This document shows, piece by piece, positions 21,771-29,645 of a stretch of 64,000 bases of DNA. The notes beneath the pieces are model-generated. The model had not been told where the DNA came from, did not search any database, and saw only the letters and a program-made list of their open reading frames with translations. Where the stretch lies: NCBI GenBank assembly GCA_040755005.1, contig JBFMBV010000005.1, positions 26,767 through 90,766 on the forward strand, written 5' to 3'. The stretch's first letter is position 1. Every line of letters begins with the position of its first letter. The position numbers and the translations under genes are program-made. The DNA comes from Bacillota bacterium. Lineage in GTDB: Bacteria; Bacillota; Sulfobacillia; JBFMBV01.

Positions 21771-22694
21771 ATGCAGCAGCTATCGCCTTTGCCTCCGGGT
21801 GGCACCATTGCGGTCACGGCCCCCGCTGGACCGGTCAACGCCGAGGACTGGGCCCAGAGCAAGCAGCTGCTTGAGGGTATGGGCTACCGGGTGGTGGAGA
21901 CTGCCTCCGTGCGGTCGCGGTGGGGATACCTAGCTGGGGATGATGCCACGCGGGCGGCTGGGGTGATCGAGGCCTTCACCCGCGAGGATGTGGATGCGAT
22001 CATCTGCGCCCGCGGGGGCTATGGGTGCACCCGCCTGCTGCCCTTGCTCGACTGGGGCCGCATCGCGGCCAGTCCCAAGCCGTTCGTGGGCTACAGCGAT
22101 GTCACCGTCCTGCACATGGCCCTCTGGGAGCGGTGTCGGCTCCCAACTTTCCACGGGCCCATCGCCGAGAGCCTACACCTCCAGAGCCCCGCCAGTCGGG
22201 CAGGGCTTTGGCGCACCCTGGCATCTCCCGTCATCGGCCTTGTCGCCAACCCGCCGGGCACCGGCCAGCTCAGAACGGTATCCGGAGGACAGGCGGAAGG
22301 CCGACTGCTAGGCGGGAACCTGTCGCTGCTCGCTGCCCTGGTGGGTACGCCGTGGGAACCGGACACGCAGGGCGCCATCCTCCTCCTGGAGGACGTGGGG
22401 GAACAGCCCTATCGCCTGGACAGGATGCTCACCCAGCTCATCCAGGCCGGCCTGCTCACCCGCTCCGCCGGCATCGTGTTGGGCGACTTCACCGACTGCG
22501 ACCCGGAACCGGACAAACCCTCCTTCACCGCAGCCGAAGTGCTGGCCGACAGGCTGTCGGGACTGGATGTTCCTTGCCTGGCCGGGCTACACTTTGGCCA
22601 TGGCACTGAGAAGCTCACTATCCCCTTGGGGGTGCGCGCCCGGTTGGATGCCACCGCCCAGACCCTGTCCATCCTGGAGGGCCCGTATGGGTAG
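21771..22694 (+). CDS. LD-carboxypeptidase (peptidase S66)
   Basis: GYLAGDD, CARGGYG and FVGYSDVTVLH (nucleophile Ser), plus a C-terminal HFGHG motif. Confidence 0.85.
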   Translation: MQQLSPLPPGGTIAVTAPAGPVNAEDWAQSKQLLEGMGYRVVETASVRSRWGYLAGDDATRAAGVIEAFTREDVDAIICARGGYGCTRLLPLLDWGRIAASPKPFVGYSDVTVLHMALWERCRLPTFHGPIAESLHLQSPASRAGLWRTLASPVIGLVANPPGTGQLRTVSGGQAEGRLLGGNLSLLAALVGTPWEPDTQGAILLLEDVGEQPYRLDRMLTQLIQAGLLTRSAGIVLGDFTDCDPEPDKPSFTAAEVLADRLSGLDVPCLAGLHFGHGTEKLTIPLGVRARLDATAQTLSILEGPYG

Positions 22695-22751
22695 AGCGAG
22701 CCAGGGAGTCCCCGTCCTGCGGCAGCTGGACGCCCTGCGGCTAGAGCACTG

Positions 22752-24119
22752 ATGGACCGGGCGAAGGTTGCAGTGGGCACGCTGGTAACGGTCCAGGTAG
22801 AAGGGCTGTCCCACCGCGGCGAAGGTGTCGCCAGGCATGAGGGGCTGGCCGTGTTCATCCCCGGCGCCGCGCCAGGCGACACTGTACGCGCGCAGTTCAG
22901 TGAGATCAAGCCCACCTACGCCCGGGCTGACTTACGGGCGGTCGTCGCCCCGTCCCCCCATCGGGCCGCCCCCCCCTGTGCAGACCATGCCGACTGCGGC
23001 GCCTGCCAGCTCCAGCACATCGCTTACCCCGAGCAGGTGCGCCTGAAGACCGTCATGGTGCGGGAGACCCTCCGGCGCCTGGGCCAGATCACTGCCGATG
23101 TCCACCCTTGCCTCCCCGCGGGCAGCCCACTTGGTTACCGCAACAAGGCCCAGTACCCGGTGGGCGGCCGGAAGGGAGCCCTCACCGGCGGCTGCTACGC
23201 CGCCGGCACCCACCGCATCGTGCCGGTGGATCACTGCCACATACAGCACCCGGTGAACGACGCGATCCTCCGGGCGGCCCTCGCCCTCGGGTCCGCGGCC
23301 GGGCTCGTCCCGTACAACGAAGTGACGGGGGAAGGGTTTCTCAGGCACATCATCGCCCGCGTGGCCGTGGCCAGCGGAGAGGCCGCGTGCGTGCTGGTGA
23401 CTAACGCTGAGGCCTTCCCAGGCGGGCCCGAGTTCGCCCGGGTGCTGAGGCGGGAAGTGCCCGCCCTGGTTGGGGTCCTGCAGAACGTCAACACCGCCCG
23501 TGGCAACGCGATAGTGGGGGGGGACACCCGTGTGCTGGCGGGCAGGGACACCATCAGGGAGGAACTCGGCGGCCTCAAGTTCGAGGTGTCGCCCCTGTCT
23601 TTCTTTCAGACCAACCCGGCCCAAGCGGAGGTCCTCTATGACCTCGTGGCGGAGCTGGCTGCTGTGGACGATGAGGACGCCCTCGACCTCTACTGCGGCA
23701 CCGGCACCATCGCCCTCTACCTGGCCAGGCGGGCCAAGCAGGTGTATGGGGTGGAGCGGGACCCGGGCGCGGTGGCCGATGCCAAGCGGAACGCGGCCTT
23801 GAACGGCATCGCCAACGCCTCCTTCGTGGCCGGCGACGCGTCGAAGCTCATGCCCCAACTGGCCAGGGGAGGGTGGCGGCCCCGCGCCGTCGTGCTCGAT
23901 CCTCCGCGCAAGGGCGCCGAGCCCTCCGTCCTGCATGCCATCGCTGAGCTGGGACCCGAACGGGTGGTGTACGTGAGCTGCAACCCCGCCACTCTGGCCA
24001 GGGACCTGGCCATCATGGCGGGGCTGGGTTACCACACCAGTGAGGTGCGGCCCGTGGACATGTTCCCGCAGACCGCCCATGTGGAGTGCTGCGCGCTGCT
24101 CGTGAGAGGCGACAAATAG
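22752..24119 (+). CDS. 23S rRNA (uracil-5-)-methyltransferase, RumA/RlmD family
   Basis: N-terminal TRAM-like domain, Fe-S cysteines CADHADCGACQLQH, FFQTN, DLYCGTGT, DPPRKG, VSCNPATLARD. Confidence 0.85.
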   Translation: MDRAKVAVGTLVTVQVEGLSHRGEGVARHEGLAVFIPGAAPGDTVRAQFSEIKPTYARADLRAVVAPSPHRAAPPCADHADCGACQLQHIAYPEQVRLKTVMVRETLRRLGQITADVHPCLPAGSPLGYRNKAQYPVGGRKGALTGGCYAAGTHRIVPVDHCHIQHPVNDAILRAALALGSAAGLVPYNEVTGEGFLRHIIARVAVASGEAACVLVTNAEAFPGGPEFARVLRREVPALVGVLQNVNTARGNAIVGGDTRVLAGRDTIREELGGLKFEVSPLSFFQTNPAQAEVLYDLVAELAAVDDEDALDLYCGTGTIALYLARRAKQVYGVERDPGAVADAKRNAALNGIANASFVAGDASKLMPQLARGGWRPRAVVLDPPRKGAEPSVLHAIAELGPERVVYVSCNPATLARDLAIMAGLGYHTSEVRPVDMFPQTAHVECCALLVRGDK

Positions 24120-24251
24120 GGAGGCAAACCTTCTCGCCTCGTAGGTGGTGCTTGTTGAGAGAGCAGCGTACTGCCGGATGGGAGGGGCCATATCTCTGGC
24201 CCTGTGCGGATTGCCCTCTCAGGTAGTCAGCAGGACCGGCTGAATGCAAGT

Positions 24252-25286
24252 CTATACATCGAACCGAATCTGTTCGGCTACTACCTCCGAGGAGAGGGGC
24301 TTCCGGAGTGTTCCAGGCACCACCGCCCAAGCTGAAGCGTGCTTCGCCAACACCTCCTCGAGCCTTTCCTGCAGGGACTCAGCCGGGAACCGGATGGCAC
24401 CCCGCTTAACCAGATCCTCATTGCCCGCCGGCACCCCATTGCCGACTCGGACAAAGAGGGGCACCCACCGGTGTTTCAACACCTCCAACGCCCCTGCCCT
24501 CGTGCCCCCGTTGGTCAGTGACGATGACACCACCAACCCGTAGCGGGCTAGCGAGTAGATGTACTTGTTGCGCGCCATAGCGTTTGGCACCGAGAACCGA
24601 GCCTTAGGGTGAACTGCCGAAACCAGTATCAGCCTCCCGACTGAAACGGCTGCTCTGAACCCAGGCTTGCGCACGACCCGCTCCAGGCTGTCGGCCAGCA
24701 CGGCGATGGCAAACCCACCTGCCTTGAGGCAACTCTCCATACTCGTGCTGTCGGCGCCTGAGGCTCCTCCCGAAACAAGCACATGGTTGCTCTTCGCACA
24801 GACCTCACCAATCTGCTCTGCAAAGCCCTCTCCAGCTGCATCGAGTTGACGTGAACCCACGACTGCCAAGAACCCGCGCCCAAGCAGCTCTGGTTCACCG
24901 GCACCGAACAACACCGGAGGGGCGCTGGTCCCGAGTCGCCCTTTCAGGAGTACTGGGTAGGGTTCATCGGACCGGGTCAGGATCCAGATTCCTAAGCTAT
25001 GCAGCCGTTCCACCTCTGCCGCCAGCTGCGCCCCACGGCCAAGCAGCCGGACCATCCGGTCAGAAGACGCAGCTGCAAGACCCAGCTTGTCACGCAACCC
25101 ATCCGCGTCGGCTTCGAGCAACCACCCGGGCCGCAACTTCTGATTGATCAACCTCTGCGCCACATCGTTCCATTCGCGCGAGGAAAGCGGCTGGGTACCG
25201 GCCCCATCAGCCCCCTTAGAGACTGCCAGACTGGAGCACAGCAGGAGGGTCGCTTGCGAGTCAGGTGAGAGTACATCCCAGCTCAC
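24252..25286 (-). CDS. DprA/Smf-like Rossmann-fold nucleotide-binding protein (PsyrA-like)
   Basis: LAVVGSRQLD...VLVSGGASGADS...NAMARNKYIYSLA...GGTRAGALE matches the DprA core. The GTG start overlaps the preceding stop (GTGA). Confidence 0.75.
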   Translation of the reverse strand: MSWDVLSPDSQATLLLCSSLAVSKGADGAGTQPLSSREWNDVAQRLINQKLRPGWLLEADADGLRDKLGLAAASSDRMVRLLGRGAQLAAEVERLHSLGIWILTRSDEPYPVLLKGRLGTSAPPVLFGAGEPELLGRGFLAVVGSRQLDAAGEGFAEQIGEVCAKSNHVLVSGGASGADSTSMESCLKAGGFAIAVLADSLERVVRKPGFRAAVSVGRLILVSAVHPKARFSVPNAMARNKYIYSLARYGLVVSSSLTNGGTRAGALEVLKHRWVPLFVRVGNGVPAGNEDLVKRGAIRFPAESLQERLEEVLAKHASAWAVVPGTLRKPLSSEVVAEQIRFDV

Positions 25287-25645
25287 TCTGGATCACCTCC
25301 GCTGGTGGCCACCGCTAAGGCAACAGGATAGACAGGTCCACTTCCAACTTCCCTAAGCAGCGCGCCACAGACAGTTAGAGTCCAGCGGGAATCCACCATG
25401 TCGTCAACCAGTAAGACAGGGTCAGGCAGGCATTCGCCGGATACACCGAAAGCATCGAGGGCATTGCTGCATTGCTGGACGGAATTCCGCATCTGCTTCT
25501 GTGGTTTCGTCTCCCGGATCTTGTGCAGGGTGGGGTGATAGGACATACCAAGTCTAGCCGCCAGCCGCCGGGCGAAGCCGGGAACAAGGTCTGGCTGCCG
25601 TACCGAAGGGACTGCAGTGACCCAGGTAGGACGCGGCTTCGGGTC
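25283..25645 (-). pseudogene. ComF-type phosphoribosyltransferase segment, in frame with the RecQ-like ORF and separated from it by one TGA
   Basis: The listed ORF 25283..25546 has the PRPP loop VLLVDDMVDSRWT. The 33 sense codons upstream (DPKPRPTWVTAVPSVRQPDLVPGFARRLAARLG) continue ComF-like sequence with no ATG/GTG/TTG and no SD, back to the RecQ stop. Confidence 0.65.
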
Positions 25646-27310
25646 TCAGTACCTCTCGATCATCTCAGCTACTGCCTCCACCAGTTCATCGGACAAACAA
25701 TCAGCATCATACTTCCCGTCACGGACCAGAGTGCCCCAACCAGCAGCGCCCCACATGCAGAGGGCTCGGCCCTGCTCCACTCGCAGGTGCTCAGGGATAG
25801 CGCCTCGCTTCTCGGGGTGACCCATTGCTTTCCATTGCTTGCGGGGTTCAACCAGCCGGCAGTCCCGTTGAAGGAACCGGACTGCCAACTGCACCAGATC
25901 AGGACTGACCACGCGAGGCACCACATCTCCTCTGCAGCTGGCACACCCTCCACAAGGTTCGGCAAAGGGATCGTCCAGTTCCTTTGCGATGAACTCCATC
26001 AGGCAGCCCGAGTGGTTGACGAACTCCTGCATACGGGCCAGTTCCGCCCGCCGAAGACGGGTGACCATTTCCTGGCGAGGCAGATGGATCACAATGGGGT
26101 TGGCTGTACGAAAGTACTGAGACTTCTCGCGCCCTACCACGCCGTCAGGGGTCAAGAACTTGAGAATCCGTGTCACGCTCGTTGCGGGTAGGTTAACCTG
26201 TTGCATGATCTGCGACAGGGTCAGCTCGCCTTGACGTTCCAGCAGTTGCACCACTGACAGGGTCTGTTCCATGTCCGGGAAGGCCGCTTGGATGAAGTAC
26301 TCCTGAATCTCATCATCCTCGCGTCCGTTCAACAGCACACCCACAGCATGGTCTATGCTGCGGCCGGCCCGGCCGACTTGCTGGTAATAGGCAACAACCG
26401 ATCCGGGACGTTGATAGTGGACAACGAAGTCAAGATCGGGCTTGTCGTACCCCATACCCAGTGCCACTGTGGCCACTAGGGCCTTACAGCTGTTAGCCTT
26501 CAGTCGCTGCTCTAAGTCAAGACGGATGGAGTTGCGCCCTTCACCGTCACTGGCGACTTTGGCGTGATAGGCTAAGGCATCGATGCCTTGTTGGCACAGC
26601 CACGTGGCCACTCGTTCACAGTCAGCCACTGTCAGGCAGTAGACAATTCCGGTTCTCGGCAAGTGGTTCATGTGTTCAGCTAGCCATGCTAGTCTCTCCG
26701 CTTGGTCGCTGAGTCTAATGGTCTGCAGGGTCAAGCTCGGGCGTGCCAGTGGGCCACGCTGCACGTCGATGTCCGGACCGAGCTGTTCCGCAACGTCTGC
26801 CACTACCCGCTGGTTTGCTGTAGCCGTGGCGCCAAGCACCGGGACATTCCTTGGCAACTGCTTGACCAATCGGGCAATGCGACGGTAGTCAGGCCGGAAG
26901 TCATGCCCCCAGTCAGAGATACAGTGTGCTTCATCTACCACCACCAAGCCAGGCCCCAGGGGCATCGCGGGAAGCACATCCACGGAGAAGTGAGGGCTGT
27001 TTACCTGTTCCGGGAACACCAGGAGCAGATCGATCTTGTCGGACTGAAGCGCAAGCTTGATGTCGGCCCATGACTCCCGATTTGTGCTGTTCATGGTGTC
27101 TGCCGAGAGCGCTAGGTGTTCAGCCGCCTCCAGCTGATTCCGCATCAGCGAGAGCAGAGGACTGACGACAATGGTCGGGCCCCGGCCTAACTCGCGTAGG
27201 AGCTTGGTGGCGATGAAGTAGACCAAGCTCTTGCCCCAACCGGTACGCTGTACGACAGGAAGCCGCCGGCGATGCCAAAGGCAGGGCCGCGCCCAATGAT
27301 CGACATTCAC
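25646..27310 (-). CDS. RecQ-family helicase-like protein (PsyrT-like), apparently 5'-truncated
   Basis: QRTGWGKS Walker A at residue ~22, VVVDEAHCISDWGHDFRPDY, helicase C-domain motifs, CGGCASC, and a C-terminal extension. There is no room for RecQ motif 0 upstream of Walker A. Confidence 0.8.
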   Translation of the reverse strand: MNVDHWARPCLWHRRRLPVVQRTGWGKSLVYFIATKLLRELGRGPTIVVSPLLSLMRNQLEAAEHLALSADTMNSTNRESWADIKLALQSDKIDLLLVFPEQVNSPHFSVDVLPAMPLGPGLVVVDEAHCISDWGHDFRPDYRRIARLVKQLPRNVPVLGATATANQRVVADVAEQLGPDIDVQRGPLARPSLTLQTIRLSDQAERLAWLAEHMNHLPRTGIVYCLTVADCERVATWLCQQGIDALAYHAKVASDGEGRNSIRLDLEQRLKANSCKALVATVALGMGYDKPDLDFVVHYQRPGSVVAYYQQVGRAGRSIDHAVGVLLNGREDDEIQEYFIQAAFPDMEQTLSVVQLLERQGELTLSQIMQQVNLPATSVTRILKFLTPDGVVGREKSQYFRTANPIVIHLPRQEMVTRLRRAELARMQEFVNHSGCLMEFIAKELDDPFAEPCGGCASCRGDVVPRVVSPDLVQLAVRFLQRDCRLVEPRKQWKAMGHPEKRGAIPEHLRVEQGRALCMWGAAGWGTLVRDGKYDADCLSDELVEAVAEMIERY

Positions 27311-27419
27311 TAACTACAGGCGCAGGGGAGGGAGCCGCCGCTGGCGTAATACGGGTGCAGATCTGATCGGCCGTCCGCTGTCAAGTACACCGACCCCAAG
27401 GGCAAAATGGACGTTCAGG

Positions 27420-27530
27420 ATCTTTCACCGCTTCAACCGCGGCGACCCGTCCAGGTCCCAGGGGACGGGAAGGTATGGACTGGCCTGTCCATCGCTAAGG
27501 CGGTGGTCGAACGCTCGGGGGGCAGCACCC
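27420..27530 (+). pseudogene. histidine-kinase C-terminal (HATPase) remnant, frameshifted
   Basis: IFHRFNRGDPSRSQGTGRYGL is in one frame and GLSIAKAVVERSGG in the +1 frame. No upstream HK domains are present. Confidence 0.5.
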
Positions 27531-27539
27531 GACCGCGGG

Positions 27540-27700
27540 TTGAGGATCCTCAAGCGTTCTGGCGGGGAACAGCAGCGGGTCGCCATTGCCCGGGCCCTAT
27601 CCCACAACCCCGAAATCATCATCGCCGACGAGCGTCACCCACTTCAGGCGGGACATGAGGGGCTCGACAGAAGGGGTGTGGCATCATGGCAGCGAAGGGT
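27540..27700 (+). pseudogene. ABC-transporter ATPase remnant (signature and Walker B only)
   Basis: SGGEQQRVAIARALSHNPEIIIADE carries the LSGGQ signature and Walker B with no Walker A upstream. Downstream the frame decays. Confidence 0.55.
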
Positions 27701-27812
27701 AGGCCAGTCCCGCGGTGTGGCACGGTCCCGCCTTGCGAAGTCGCCGGAGTCTTAAGGGGTTGGTCCCCTGCGCATCGTAGTCTGGGCATCCGCATCAGCA
27801 AGCTGCGCCCAT

Positions 27813-28661
27813 GTGCTCGGGGTCCTGGGGCCATTTCGCGCTCTGCTTCCACCCTCTGTGGTGCCCCAGTTGCCTACCAGCCCCTCGTACCCCCCGCTCC
27901 GGCCATTGGCCGAGCGGTTCCGGCGGTTTTCAGGCAGCCGGGACCTCTTTGCGGCTCTCAGCATCTTCGCTGCCGCGGGGCTTGAGGGGAAAGTACTGGT
28001 CAGCGCGGTGAACGAGCGGCTAGCGCAGGACGAAGAGGCGCAAGGCATCTCCCTTGACCGGCTGACCGGGGACTGGCTTAAGGCCTGGGAAGAGTCAGTC
28101 AATGCCTATGGGCGGATCTGGCCAGCCGTGCAACCGGAGCTAGAGCGCACGGCCTCAGGGTTGAGGGCTGCCCTGGAGACGGTCGGGCCCCATCTGAGCC
28201 AAGAGCTTGGCGGGATGCTCCGGATCCGGACACTCCCTACCCAGGTCATGGTGGGTGTGGTGGAGCAAGGTCTTGGGATGCACCGGGCGTCAGACGGGGT
28301 CATGGTCCTGGAGGCCCAACCCCTTGAGGAGCTATGGCCGTATGCCTTCACTCATGAACTGGTCCATGCCGTCACGCCGGGATATCGACCCGGGTCAGCG
28401 CTTCACCAGCTGGCCGGCGAACTGCTCACGGATATCGCCGCCGCCCAGCTGGGCGCAAGACTGGCCTGCGCTGGTGTGGGCGCAAGTCCCATGCCAGGCC
28501 TGGACAAGCGTTGGGACGGTTGGAAGCGTGCCTACGGCGCGACCAGCACACGCAGTGCCTCAGACGCCTTCGCCTTGGCGCTGACTGTCTGGGAACGGCT
28601 GGAGAATGACATGTGTTTCGAAGCTGCCGTCCACTGGTTGGCGCTCGAGCTGGAGGCATAG
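27813..28661 (+). CDS. hypothetical protein with HExxH motif (possibly 5'-truncated)
   Basis: Long ORF with protein-like helical sequence and FTHELVHAV. The Pro-rich N-terminal ~30 aa and the lack of an SD at GTG 27813 make the start doubtful. Confidence 0.45.
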   Translation: MLGVLGPFRALLPPSVVPQLPTSPSYPPLRPLAERFRRFSGSRDLFAALSIFAAAGLEGKVLVSAVNERLAQDEEAQGISLDRLTGDWLKAWEESVNAYGRIWPAVQPELERTASGLRAALETVGPHLSQELGGMLRIRTLPTQVMVGVVEQGLGMHRASDGVMVLEAQPLEELWPYAFTHELVHAVTPGYRPGSALHQLAGELLTDIAAAQLGARLACAGVGASPMPGLDKRWDGWKRAYGATSTRSASDAFALALTVWERLENDMCFEAAVHWLALELEA

Positions 28662-28766
28662 CACCGCACGCCGACCTCGGGGGACAACTTCGAGAGGAGC
28701 GGACGGTGCCCGTAACGAATTGCGTTCTGGGGAAGTGAATGCCCCAATGAGGGAGGTCTGACGAAC

Positions 28767-28943
28767 ATGCATCGGCACGGTGGGGGTTCCGCCAGCGCGG
28801 TCTACGGCCTGGGCTTCATCGGGGCGGCTGTGTACTACATCTCGCAGGCGACCAGTTTCTGGACGGGGGTCTTGGGTTTCCTGAAGGCCATGGTCTGGCC
28901 GGCGTTCCTAGTATACGGGGCCCTGAAGCAGATGGGCCTGTAG
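28767..28943 (+). CDS. small (58 aa) two-TM membrane protein, not in the supplied ORF track
   Basis: ATG lies 10 nt after GAGGGAGG. The product is MHRHGGGSASAVYGLGFIGAAVYYISQATSFWTGVLGFLKAMVWPAFLVYGALKQMGL. It resembles a small conserved family I recall from Actinobacteria, not verified. Confidence 0.55.
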   Translation: MHRHGGGSASAVYGLGFIGAAVYYISQATSFWTGVLGFLKAMVWPAFLVYGALKQMGL

Positions 28944-28990
28944 GAGCCTGCGGCCAACGCGTCAAATACTGGGGGGAGGGGAGGGGGGGC

Positions 28991-29338
28991 ATGGCCAGCC
29001 ATCTGGGCGAAGAGGTCTTCTGGTGCCCATCGTACGGGTTCAACGTGACCAAGGCCAAACGCATCCTCACCCTCAAGCCCAGGCCTGCGTCGGAGGTCGA
29101 TGTCGCGGCGCTCATCCCCGGCAGCGTCGGGGTACGCATCGACCGGCAACACGCCATGACCACGGACCTTACGGCACCCATCATTTTGGTGCAAGTGGAA
29201 GACCCGAAGACTGGCGACTGGCTGCGCATCCTCATCGATGGGCACCACCGCCTGTACCGGGCGGCGCGCGAAGGCGTGGTCAAGCTGCCAGCGTATCTAT
29301 TGACCCCCAACGAGAGCCTGGCCGTCCGGGTATCCTAG
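28991..29338 (+). CDS. ParB/Srx-fold-like protein (DGHHR motif)
   Basis: The ...WLRILIDGHHRLYRAAREG... motif is typical of ParB-N/sulfiredoxin-like domains. The ATG directly follows a G-rich SD tract. Confidence 0.5.
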   Translation: MASHLGEEVFWCPSYGFNVTKAKRILTLKPRPASEVDVAALIPGSVGVRIDRQHAMTTDLTAPIILVQVEDPKTGDWLRILIDGHHRLYRAAREGVVKLPAYLLTPNESLAVRVS

Positions 29339-29362
29339 ACTAGGACGCAGGGAGGCAGGAGC

Positions 29363-29575
29363 TTGCCCGACCATAAGGACGACAGGATGCATCCCGCAGT
29401 CATCGAGTTCTTCAGGATCATCATCTCAGTAGGCTCCGGGTTCGTCCTGGGCGGCCATGTGGTAGTCGTCGCTGAGTCGCAGCCCGCGGGCATCATCGTG
29501 GGGATAGGCGTGGCCATTGCCGCCTACTACATCTCTGGCGGCGGCCTGCGCTGGAAGAGGCGCAGACCGGAGTAG
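29363..29575 (+). CDS. small (70 aa) hydrophobic protein
   Basis: TTG start 7 nt after GGGAGG, two predicted TM segments, and a basic C-terminus (RWKRRRPE). Confidence 0.4.
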   Translation: MPDHKDDRMHPAVIEFFRIIISVGSGFVLGGHVVVVAESQPAGIIVGIGVAIAAYYISGGGLRWKRRRPE

Positions 29576-29591
29576 GTCAAAGGAGCAAGGC

Positions 29592-29616
29592 GGGCTGCGC
29601 CCGGCAGGCGCAGCCC
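29592..29616. terminator. 10-bp perfect GC hairpin between convergent genes
   Basis: GGGCTGCGCC-cggca-GGCGCAGCCC followed by tcgtgtt. Confidence 0.7.
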
Positions 29617-29645
29617 TCGTGTTGTCAGCGCAGGTCGGCCGCTCG

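Noticed and set aside
22932-24191. 419-aa minus-strand ORF
   Set aside because: Antisense to the RumA/RlmD-family methyltransferase. No motifs, and a composition typical of GC-rich antisense frames.
25590-25648. Selenocysteine decoding of the in-frame TGA between helicase and PRTase
   Set aside because: Downstream I see only a weak GACCC...GGGTC pairing with a 17-nt loop, nothing resembling a bacterial SECIS hairpin at the right distance. No Cys/Sec-type catalytic context is expected at a domain linker.
27407-27755. Listed ORFs 27407..27658 and 27540..27755 as intact genes
   Set aside because: Each contains only a short recognisable stretch (an HK HATPase tail and an ABC signature with Walker B). 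The flanking translation is meaningless, so they are remnants and not functional genes.
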